This document shows, in pieces, positions 22,670-32,000 of a stretch of DNA of 32,000 nt. Each line of letters opens with the position of its first letter. The stretch's first letter is position 1. The notes beneath the pieces were generated by a model that saw only the letters and a list, made by a program, of their open reading frames with translations, was not told the DNA's origin and did no database searches. A program made the translations under genes and the position numbers. The stretch covers positions 176,444 through 208,443 of the forward strand of contig NW_008806292.1 in NCBI RefSeq assembly GCF_000400465.1, in the 5' to 3' direction. This stretch comes from Wallemia ichthyophaga EXF-994. Taxonomy: Eukaryota > Fungi > Basidiomycota.

Positions 22670-23970
22670 ATGGAGTCATTCAACTTTAACGCACCACTGT
22701 CTCCATCGACCACGCCTTCCCATTCGCCTCTTCATTCCATTGGTGTGAGTTAACTGGCTGGCAGGCGCGAATGTACATTCTTACACCTGCGCAGCTCCCA
22801 AACTACACATTCCCGCCTTCCCCCGACTCGAGCCAGCCTTCGGTGAAGCGATTGCGTCTGGATGGCGCAGAGAGCAATCTGCATGACTATTCAATGGGCT
22901 ATTTGGATTCCTCGCCCATGAGTCTAGCGGGTCCGGTTACGCAGGACAATTCCCCCGTTCAAGCTATCAACATGAAGAAGAGGAAGGTGGTTGATGAGGG
23001 TAGTGTCGGTGTCAACGCTGGCGTCAACGCTCTCGGGCTCGATTACAACAACAAGGAGAATGACATTGACTACGGCTTCAGCTCGTATTTCTACCCGAAT
23101 CACGACAGCACGGCGAGTCTTAACTTTGCGTATCCTAATTGGTGGATGCCTACGACAACGGCAACTACACCATTGCCCACGCAAGCCACTACACCACGCG
23201 CATACAACAACAGCTGGTATCTCCTCAACGACGCGGAGGAGGTGGGTGATTTGAGTGAGGCGGACAGGAGGTCCTCAACATCATCGTCCTTCTCGGCAAG
23301 CTCTACTTCATCGTACGCTGAGTCGCCCAACGTGCTCACGTCACCCGTGTCAGAAGTACACGACCCGTTCTTGAAAGCGATGCAGCAGTCACCAATAAGC
23401 ATCCCAGAGTCGAACACGATGAGCGTCGGTCTGCGTCATAGTCAAAGTCAAAGTCAGTGTGTTGCAAAAGCATCTTCACCAACCAAGTCAGACCAGCCAA
23501 GGAAAAGAGGGAAACTGCCGAAACAGGTTACTGAGACACTGAGGAAGTGGTTAATGGAACACGCTGGATATCCTTATCCAACGGAGGATGAGAAGAAAAT
23601 GTTATGCTCAGTGACGGGATTGACACTGACACAAACATCTAACTGGTTCATTAACGCTAGGAGGAGAATACTTGTGCCTGCACCCATGTCAGGAGGACAT
23701 TCTCGCAAGAAGAGCGCAAGTGCATCAAATGCAACATATTCAGCACAGCAATTGCATGCAGATGCTAAGACACAGGAAGATTTGGGAGCGGGAGCGGGAG
23801 CAGACGCAGGAGCAGCAGCAGCAGCAGCAGAAACCACAGCACAAGCAACAGCACACGCATTAGCACAAAGAAATCAGGCATCACAACACACGCCAGAATC
23901 ACCTCCACCTCTGCACTCAGACTACCATCAAATGTATAATCAACAGTATCAGAAGCTGACGCAGGCGTAG
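22670..23970 (+). CDS. TALE-class (KN) homeodomain transcription factor, Cup9/Tos8/TGIF-like, 416 aa; exons 22670-22744, 22795-23970
   Basis: RKRGKLPKQVTETLRKWLMEHAGYPYPTEDEKKMLCSVTGLTLTQTSNWFINARRRIL has the PYP loop extension and WFINARRR (Ile50). Phase-0 intron 22745-22794 (GTGAGT..GCAG) links an upstream ATG exon. Confidence 0.9.
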
Positions 23971-24085
23971 CTTTACACGTACACGCAAAAAGCAAGAAGC
24001 AAAAAGCACAAAAAATAGCATTGGATCAATAAAATTTCAACTCGGATCAAGCAAAAGAAAAAGACATTGGATACACGGATATAAT

Positions 24086-24105
24086 AATCAATCAATCAAT
24101 CAATC
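24086..24105 (+). repeat. (AATC)5 microsatellite in A-rich region downstream of the homeobox gene
   Basis: aatcaatcaatcaatcaatc read directly. Confidence 0.9.
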
Positions 24106-24238
24106 AAGAAAACTTTCAAAAGAAGACAAGGCATAATAGAAAGACAGATATTTTATTCAACACTTGTTTTAACTTAGTCAACTGTAATACACTAACACTC
24201 TTTTTAAACTGTAATTTAACTAGTAATGAAGCCTTCTT

Positions 24239-25543
24239 ATGCCATTCATCGGAGAGTTGCCTGGGTTGTGGTGGGATGAAGAGAGGAGCAAGTACTATCC
24301 ATTGTCGATGAAGAATAAGAGTACTAGCACTACAACGAAAACGATTGCTTCAACGAATACCCCAATCACACCAAATCACAACATCCACATTCACCGCCCA
24401 CTCCACCTCCGCTACACAGACATACTTGATTTAAAAAACAATCAGACAACCAAGCTACTGCGTACTGCTACTGCACGAAAGTACCACCACTTTTACCCGA
24501 TTCGCGCAATTGCTGTGAGTTAAGCGACTTGGCCGATCACGCACATCTTATCGTAAAATCAGCAATTGGGCAATGGCAAGGTAGTAGTGGCCACTTCGCA
24601 GATGAATTCACAGGTGCAGTTAGTGGATCTTGAGAGTGATCAGCGCAGGTTTATACTTGAGTCGAGTCCAGGTTGTGTGGTGGGTGTGGTGGGAGGTGGA
24701 GGTGCTGTAGCTGTTGCCGGTGGAGAATTCCGCGGTGGAATTGGAGAATCGCAATCACATCGAGTTGGGTAAGTGGGAGTGCCTGTACACTCACACACAC
24801 TCACACAATCTCTACAACCCCAATAGCATTATCAAAGTCGCTTCTAACGTAACTAATCTGTTCGAGACGTACGTTTGTTGGTGTAAGACACACTCACTCA
24901 CACTGAAAACACCCACAGCAACTTTGATGCACAGTCACTCGTACATATAGCTAGCATTCCCAATCCAGACTACATGGACTGCGCTTGGGATGGCCAGCGG
25001 TATTTGCTCGCAGTTGGGAAGACGTTGAATAGGATTGACAGGAGTACTCAGCGTGCACAGAGGATCAGGTACAAATCAGATGTCATCTCCGTCGCTGCAC
25101 TCTCACCGAATGAGACTATCTGTGGCTTACGCAACGGGGAATTGCACTTGCATGACTGGCGGGGGCGTGCTGAGCCAGCAAGGCCGGTGCACGTATTCAG
25201 CAAATCAGTAAACCGACTCTGGAGGCTAGGTGAAGGGAGTGTGTTCATTATATCTACAATGTTCAGCCAACTGTTTCTGTACGATATTCGGAGAAAGATG
25301 TTTATGTCGTCACTCCGCGGAAATAAAAACGGAAACGTGGTGAAGCTGCCATTCACAGTGGTGGGTGGTGCTAGTGATGCCCACCTATGCATTGTAGGTG
25401 AAGATGCAGTGCTGCGAACATGGTCGCTGCGAACGTCCGAACTCAGAGGTGCTCGAGCGTGCAGGAATACGACGTGTATGAATGGTAGTGAGAGTAGAAT
25501 TATTATATGTAGATACAAATTCCTTGAATGTCTTTCTATTTAA
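24239..25543 (+). CDS. WD40-repeat protein, DCAF4/WDR21-like, 382 aa; exons 24239-24514, 24563-24768, 24827-24868, 24919-25543
   Basis: N-terminal ELPGLWWDEERSKYYP resembles the lead motif of fungal DCAF4/WDR21 proteins. WD-type segments SDVISV, CGLRNGELHLHDWR, LFLYDIRR, VGEDAVLRTWSL. Three GT-AG introns give 1149 nt in frame. Confidence 0.7.
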
Positions 25544-25621
25544 TATTCTTTTTTCCGCGTAAAATATAAAATTATAAAATTCAGACACACCAACACGCTC
25601 CCTCTTACACCAACATCGAGC

Positions 25622-27340
25622 ATGTCCGTTGAATCTGTCCAAACAAAAGCATTTCAAGATCAGAAGCCAGGTACTTCTGGTCTGAGAAAGCGGTGAGTAG
25701 CTTCTACTAACACGTCTCACCACCTCACACGTTTCAGCGTTAAAGTGTTCCAGCAAGACCACTACACTGAAAACTTTGTATGGGCCACGCTGCAAGCCAT
25801 GAAAGCGCCATCCGCCAAAGGCTCTACTCTCGTTCTCGGCGGTGATGGCCGCTACTACGGCATTGAGTGTGCACAGAAAGTACTCAAGCTGTGTGCAGCT
25901 GCTGGCGTTAACAAGGTCATCGTTGGCCAGAATGCTATCCTCTCCACCCCTGCTGCCTCCAACTTGATCAGAAAGTATAAGGCTGACGGCGGTATTCTCA
26001 TGACGGCATCACACAACCCAGGTGGTCCAGATAACGACTTTGGTATCAAGTTCAACGTCGCAAATGGCGGTCCTGCTCCAGAATCTGTCACCAATGACAT
26101 ATTCAACATCACAAAGACCATGTCCACTTACTCAATCGCTCAATTGCCTGACCTCGATTTGAGCAAGATTGGCAGCTACAAACACGGTAACTTGCAAGTT
26201 GACGTCGTTGACTCTGTATCTGACTACGTTGAATTACTCAAGAGCATTTTCGACTTTGCTCTCATCAAGAAATTCCTTAATGAGAATCCTTCCTTCAAAT
26301 TCCTCTTTGATGGCTTGTCTGGCGTTACTGGCAGCTACGGTCAGGCTCTTTTCCTCGGTGAACTCGGCCTCTCCAAGGATAGCGTGCAAAATGCAACCCC
26401 ACTACCAGACTTTGGCGGTCTCCACCCAGATCCTAACCTCACCTACGCGCACGATCTCGTTGAGCGCGTTGAGAAGGATCAAGTCACTTTCGGTGCTGCC
26501 TCTGACGGTGACGGTGACAGAAACATGATTATCGGTAAGGGTGTTTTCGTCACTCCTTCAGATTCTGTTGCAATCATCGCCGACTGGGCACACGTCATTC
26601 CATACTTCAAAGGTGGTTTGAAGGGGTTAGCGAGATCGATGCCAACTTCTGGTGCCATTGATAGAGTCGCTAAGGCTAAGGGTGTTGAAGGATTCGAAGT
26701 CCCAACTGGCTGGAAATTCTTCGGTAACCTCATGGACGCTGACAGACTGTCCATCTGCGGTGAGGAGTCATTTGGTACGGGTTCCGACCACATTAGAGAG
26801 AAGGATGGCCTTTGGGCGATTGTAGCATGGCTCAACATCATCGCTGCTGCCAACGAATCACACAAGGGCTGGAACATTAAGGATATCCTCCAAGCTCACT
26901 ATACCAAGTACGGTCGTAACTTCTTCTCAAGATATGATTACGAGGAGGTTGACTCGAATGGTGCGGGTAAGATGATTGATCATTTGCAAAACTCGTTCGC
27001 ATCCATCCAAGGTGCTCAATTGAAGGCGACAACATCAGACACTAGATTCACCGTTAAAGAAACAGGTAATTTCTCCTACACTGACCCAATCGACGGCTCA
27101 GTATCCAAGAACCAAGGTCTTTACGTTGTCTTTAGCGATGGATCAAGAATCGTCGTTAGATTGTCTGGCACTGGATCGGCTGGAGCGACTATCAGACTGT
27201 ATGTGGAGAAGTACTCGACGGAGAAGGGTGAATATCAGCAAGATGCGCAAGTTGGGTTGAAGCCACTTATCGAGGTTGCTTTGCAATTGTCTAAGTTGCA
27301 AGAGTTCACTGGAAGAGAGAAGCCTACTGTTATAACCTGA
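25622..27340 (+). CDS. PGM2: Phosphoglucomutase, 557 aa; exons 25622-25692, 25738-27340
   Basis: FQDQKPGTSGLRKRVKVF across the intron, catalytic TASHNPGG, metal loop ASDGDGDRNM, sugar-binding CGEESFG, RLSGTG, terminal REKPTVIT. Confidence 0.98.
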
Positions 27341-27379
27341 GACATTACAAAATAACACAATATACACATCACAAACTAA

Positions 27380-27722
27380 CTACACATGCATACGTTGTTC
27401 AGTATTCTTTATTTTCTCTTCAAGCCTGTTGAGTTGATTGTCGAGGAAGAAATGCTCTTGTTTGAGTGATTTCAGTTGGGAATGGTAGGATTGCTGGAAT
27501 TGCTTGGATTGCATGTGGTTGTGAAGATCTTGAGTGTTTTGTATGGGTTCTCTCTGTGTGGTTTGCGCTATATCTGGATGTACATCCTGCTGCCGTTCGC
27601 GGAGGTATACGCCTAAAACAAGGCTAGCTGTGGAGAGTGAGAGGTGGAGTAAAAGACACGCCCCACTCACCCGGAATAACAAACGCAGATGACGCTAATA
27701 TTTGTTTCTTAGTCAGCGGCAT
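27380..27722 (-). CDS. Orphan 99-aa protein: N-terminal hydrophobic anchor, Gln-rich linker, C-terminal coiled coil; exons 27722-27671, 27627-27380
   Basis: ATG 27722 plus GTGAGT..CACAG intron 27628-27670 gives MPLTKKQILASSAFVIPASLVLGVYLRERQQ...LKSLKQEHFFLDNQLNRLEEKIKNTEQRMHV (300 nt, in frame). No family recognised. Confidence 0.7.
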
Positions 27723-27792
27723 TACTTTGTATTACGTCGTGGCTGTTGATATTCAACCATCGACATCATCGTCATCATCGACATCGACCAGA

Positions 27793-28331
27793 ATGTCATA
27801 CGAAGAACCACCGCTGCCAATTGGATGGTGAGAGTGGATTGTTTGTTGTGCTTAGGCTGACATTCCCCAGGATCAAAGAATACGATAGAAACCAGCAAGC
27901 ATTCTTCTACGTGGAGTGGGTGGTGGGCTAATAGACGATGTATTCTTACACTCAACAGCACTCATCAAACCCCTGCGCACGTCACTTGGGATGATCCACG
28001 CCAAAATCCACTCTACACTAACCTGATCCCATCACAGCAGCAGACACAGCCAACACACCCATTCACTAAGGCGGACGCACCACCAACAAAGCAGCAAGTA
28101 ATTGATCAGCGCAATGTCACTAATAACTGGTTTGAGGATTTGGCTCGCGGTGGAAAAGCACCTACTCCACAACCCACCTCAAACTCAAACTCAAACTCTA
28201 TCAAGGATCTCGCTTTCGGTGGCCTCGGCCTCGTCGCTCTCTCTGGCGTCGCGCTCAAGAATACCGCAGTTAAGGACACCCACCCCTCTCACTACCTCAC
28301 TGCCGGTTGGGGTTCTGGTCTGTCTAATTGA
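27793..28331 (+). CDS. Small WW-domain protein (Wwm1-like), 150 aa; exons 27793-27827, 27871-27915, 27959-28331
   Basis: Spliced MSYEEPPLPIGWIKEYDRNQQAFFYVDTHQTPAHVTWDDP has the LP.GW..FYVD..TW.DP WW pattern. The C-terminus has a Gly-rich hydrophobic stretch (LAFGGLGLVALSGVAL). Total 453 nt. Confidence 0.85.
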
Positions 28332-28576
28332 AACGGCTTGTCGGATTTTGTGTGCTTCTAAATAGCCTACATTCCATGTACTATTCATTTATTCATCTAT
28401 TTCGAATCTCCCTTATTTCCTCTAATCCTTCATATGACGTCATTTTGTGATTTCTCGTACTAGAGGCTTAATTGTATTCGACTTCTACTTGCAGATCGCC
28501 TGTTATTCTTTTGCAACTCTCACAAACCCGCCAATGCCATTCACTCCGACCTCTTCCACACTCATCCATTAGCCCA

Positions 28577-29277
28577 ATGTCAATAGGCGTTCGCAAGGCT
28601 GTCAAGGAGTAAGAATGTTTATATTTACGCGAAATTTCATCTTATTCGAGCACAGTGACTCTGAAAATGATGCAATGATACCCCACCGTATGCATGCAGA
28701 TGGTATTGTCGACATGGCTATCGTCGCCCCAGAATCAGCAGCTGGCAAAAAGAGTGGAAGCGATGAAAGTGATGAAAATGATATGAATGACGATTTCGTG
28801 TTGATGCCACCACCAACCACGACAGACGATAGCTTGGTATTCCCACCCACCGTCGAAGCCAGAGTGGCACAACTTGAACGAGACGTGGAATTGCTTAAGA
28901 GTAGCCAGCAGCATATCGCACCCAACCTCACAACCCTCAATAGCGAGCTGGATAACATCAAAACTGCGATAACTCTACTCAGGAGAGACGTGAGCAATTG
29001 TGCGGAACAGCGCACGCGCACGCTCGAGAAAGAATTGCTTGATCCAACCAAAGCTGAATTATCCTTGCTCAAAGAGAAAATACGCTGGTTGGAAGATAGC
29101 AAAGCTGCTGCGATAAAGCCTGATGATGCAATTGACCGGCACATTCCCAGGCCAGTTCCAAAATCAACACCAGCCTCGGGAAAAGGCGGTAGCAGATTCT
29201 CTCTTAATGACGCTGTCATGATCGGTTTCCTTGTCGGGATGATCTTTCTCGGCTCAAAGCTGAACAGCATGCTATAA
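28577..29277 (+). CDS. Orphan tail-anchored coiled-coil membrane protein, 217 aa; exons 28577-28608, 28656-29277
   Basis: ATG 28577 plus GTAAGA..CACAG intron 28609-28655 joins the 220-codon ORF in frame (654 nt). Acidic N-terminus, heptad-rich middle (VAQLERDVELLK, LNSELDNIKTAITLLRRDV), C-terminal TM AVMIGFLVGMIFLG and short tail SKLNSML. Confidence 0.75.
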
Positions 29278-29418
29278 GGTGCTATCAAGTGGTGAGAATT
29301 GAAATGCTCTGCTATGCTATATTATGTTCAACTAGACACTACTAGACGCTGCCTGTTGTAATTTTATTTGGATCGATTTCTTGTACTCCTCTCTGCTCGT
29401 TTCGACTCATACCAAAAG

Positions 29419-30265
29419 ATGCTATTGGATGACTTTAGGATTTCTCAACACTCAAAGCTAGTTCCTGTGCGTGTCGCGTGTGGTAAATTTATTATCTACG
29501 CACACTCACAAACATCAGTAGTCTTCCATCGGAGAACCAGGCGTCGAATTCGATTACCCGATATCTGATGAGCTCAGTATAAAGATAACTATACCACGAC
29601 CTGAGCATGAGAAGATATTTGCGCATCGACAGTGGAAAGGTGGTTTACACACAGCGGATCGCTTGCTGAACGGTGAAATCAGCATAGACAACAAGGTAGT
29701 ATTAGAGGTCGGTGCAGGTACTGGCTTATCAGGGATAGTAGCAGGATGTATACATCGACCTGCATCCTTTGTCCTAGTCACTGACTACGACGATCCAAAT
29801 CTTATATCCAATCTACGCAAAAATGTACAAGATAACAACAAAAACGGTGTTTGCAAAGTACTGCCTCATTGCTGGGGGAAGGATGTCGATGACTTGAGGT
29901 CGCTGAGCAAGACAAAAGATGGATTTGATGTCATACTCGCAGCTGATGTTATCTGGGACTCCTTTTCTCATGCGAGTCTAATAGAAACTCTGCTACAGTC
30001 CTTGAAAAAGAGCGATTCATCGAGAGTCGTTCTCGTTGCTGGCTACCACACAGGCAGACACGTCGTACAGGCCTTCCTCCGCAGAGCGAGATCAAAAGGA
30101 TTAGTCCCAGACGACAATGAGATTATGGAGTTTGCGAGAGGATCATTTAGCAAATCCTACACAGATTTGGACTTTGACTTGTTGGACGGGCTGGAAGATA
30201 TCGACACACACCGAGAAGAGAGGCAAAAGACAACAATCGAATGTAGGCTGAAGTTGGCGGGTTAG
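29419..30265 (+). CDS. Seven-beta-strand family-16 methyltransferase (Efm7/Nnt1-like), 263 aa; exons 29419-29466, 29522-30265
   Basis: IFAHRQWKGGL, motif I VLEVGAGTGLSG, VTDYDDP, HCWGKD, ILAADVIWDSFSH and VAGYHTGR. The main frame is open from an acceptor at 29521. The upstream exon uses a GTGCGT donor in phase 0 and is less certain. Confidence 0.8.
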
Positions 30266-30368
30266 CTACTGAGGAAGTGTATGTTATTTCAAATACATTT
30301 ATCCTACACTTACTCTACATTCACCATCTCTCGAGCTGTTCTTTTCTCCAATCGATTGCTAATCGCAG

Positions 30369-31416
30369 GCGCAGATCAGGTATTAAGAGGAAGCATTGTG
30401 TCTAGATAATCTTAGTCATCATTTCGCCCCAATACTTGATTAGCAGCGTGCTATCTTTGGTGATATCAGCGGTGTTGCTGAGATGAACGATACTAAAGGC
30501 ATAGACAAACTGTTGCTCATGCGAGTAATGTGCGGTAAGTAGGGTTTGATTTCATTTATTGAGACTATGATGCATCCATCATCATTTTACCACTCAACCA
30601 TCAACAAATTAATATCTGTTGAACATGTCAAACATCTCACCCAGTGCAGATCAGAATTCAAAATGATATCAGCACCCATCCGAATTCCAAATAAAATAAT
30701 CCCAGCAACGATGATCTCACTCAGCGTTTAGCTGATGCAGAGTATCGACTCTGCCAGTTTGGTTTCAGTACTGATAAAGTCAGCGAAAACGAGTTTGACC
30801 TTTATCTCAAGTCGCCAGATACTTCTCGTGCGTGCAGCAATGGTAATACATTTATAAAGACCTCTCGCATAAAAGCTAAACAAAAGGTATCATTTGATGA
30901 TGACACACCCCAATCATTCGCAAATCGTTTCAAAGCTCTAGAAAGCAGAATGTAGCAGCTAGAGTTAAAGTTTAACAGACTCTCAAGTGAACATCTCGAT
31001 GACGGATTCTTATGCAATAATGATCGCAGATCTTATCGACAGGCGGAATAGACTTACTGAGCGTGATTCGAACAACAGAAAAGCCTCAGGAGTATCCGCT
31101 TAGCAAAACCAAAGTTCGAATACACCAAGAAGCTTTCAATTAAATTAAATTTGAGGATTCAAATGTCTACGTAACTGATCTTTATATAAAATCATGGTCA
31201 AAAAATCTAACCGATAATCATATTGTTGGTGTTGATAAGCCTAAGAAACAGATCATGACTCTAGAGATTAATTCAAGAAATCAATCTCATTCCCACGTCC
31301 GCGAAGCTATTTTGAGACAAGCTAACGGCGCCTTTACGAAAGATGTGGTCAGAATTTGCAAAGAGATAAAGGTAGGTCATATCAGAGGAATGTTCTTCGA
31401 CGCGCAGGGCTACTAA
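30369..31416 (+). pseudogene. Decayed gene-like relic of unknown family, with about 5 in-frame stops and at least 1 frameshift
   Basis: Acceptor-like GCTAAT..CGCAG at 30368 and donor GTAAGT at 30535. Long open stretches 30695-30952 (86 codons) and 31144-31413 (90 codons) in AT-rich DNA. Interrupting stops at 30384, 30441, 30692, 30953 and 31141; frame change near 31045. Confidence 0.5.
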
Positions 31417-31982
31417 TAATACTGATTGTTTCTTGTTTTGACTTCTTACTGTACTTGCTTTGTCTTGACTTGTTATCTTTGTATATGCTAGTTTAAATTG
31501 TGCTCAAATTGCTCGCTGGAATAAAAGTGTTGCTTTTTGAATGCATCTCATTGTATCGCTTTATGTTGTCGTTGCGCTTTGCCAACGTTCGACTTAGCGA
31601 AGCCGGTATCAATGCAATAGTCCCAAGTTACAATCTAGATTCACTCCATCCCTCCACCATCTCCCCAGCCGAAGTCGTACCTCTGACACAAAAATTTATT
31701 TTGAAGATCAACAAACACCGCAGCCCTGTCAACATTAAGGACACCATGTGATTATAGCTGTCTGCTTGATTATAGAGTGTACAGCTACCGAGAAATCACA
31801 TTGCGTTGCGTCACCCTCAAAGCAAGAGGAGCATGCAGATGAGGCTGCAATTCCTTACCTACGCTTACTTTGATGCTCAAAAGCCTCTTTACTGGCTAGC
31901 CGAGGAATAAAAAATTTAAAATCATCTCATAAATTTGAACTACTTTTTCAATCCTGGCTTCTTCAGAAACCTTCATTCTAAA

Positions 31983-32000
31983 ATGGGTAAAGTGCGTGGT
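31983..32000 (+). CDS. Possible start of next gene (ATG GGT AAA, then probable GTGCGT donor), truncated by window edge
   Basis: AAAATGGG context after a pyrimidine-rich leader and AT-rich upstream stretch. GTGCGT is a donor used elsewhere in this window. Only 18 nt are visible. Confidence 0.3.

Noticed and set aside
23500-23675. Homeobox gene as a basidiomycete HD1 mating-type gene
   Set aside because: No divergent HD2 partner, pheromone receptor or MIP gene in the window. The C-terminal homeodomain with LPKQVT..LRKWL..PYPT..WFINARRRIL fits the general Cup9/Tos8/TGIF-like class better.
28602-29288. 228-aa - strand ORF
   Set aside because: Antisense shadow of the tail-anchored protein; the + strand has the intron, start context and coherent domain layout.
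30505-30537. LLMRVMCG as a PARP/ADP-ribosyltransferase-like strand in the relic
   Set aside because: A single short hydrophobic motif; no other catalytic PARP motifs were recognisable.
30369-31416. Stop-codon reassignment or A-to-I editing rescuing the relic's stops
   Set aside because: TAA and TAG terminate conserved genes in this window, three of the five stops are TAA, and a frameshift is also needed.
31983-32000. MGKVRG as ribosomal protein S30 (MGKVHG)
   Set aside because: Only 6 codons are visible, and GTGCGT is more likely a splice donor; many genes begin MGK.

Overview
Gene-dense eukaryotic (fungal) genomic DNA with short GT-AG introns, mostly 43-63 nt, and very small intergenic gaps. 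The protein families and compactness suggest a small-genome basidiomycete such as Wallemia; this is inference, no search was run. Reading the splice sites by hand gives 18 protein-coding loci: SCC2 (runs off the left edge), PPWD1-type WD40-cyclophilin, BMS1, PKC1, COX7, SOG2, URA3, NSA1, an orphan secreted-peptide locus, an OSR1/SPAK(Fray)-type STE20 kinase, a paraoxonase-like propeller, a TALE homeobox factor, a DCAF4-like WD40 protein, phosphoglucomutase, a 99-aa orphan, a WW-domain protein, a tail-anchored coiled-coil orphan and a family-16 methyltransferase. Every complete multi-exon model closes in frame. The last ~1.7 kb is AT-rich and holds a decayed gene-like relic plus a possible new gene start at the right edge. 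No rRNA, tRNA, CRISPR or intact mobile element was recognised. The most notable observations are: divergent start codons only 24 and 37 nt apart; a Fray kinase with a MO25/Hym1-type WDF motif 3.3 kb from the RAM-network gene SOG2; a tail-anchored orphan with an acidic Atg8-interacting-like motif; an orphan secreted ORF split by an in-frame TAA; and the stop-riddled relic. I did not find a clearly new multi-gene system; most of the window is conserved housekeeping genes.
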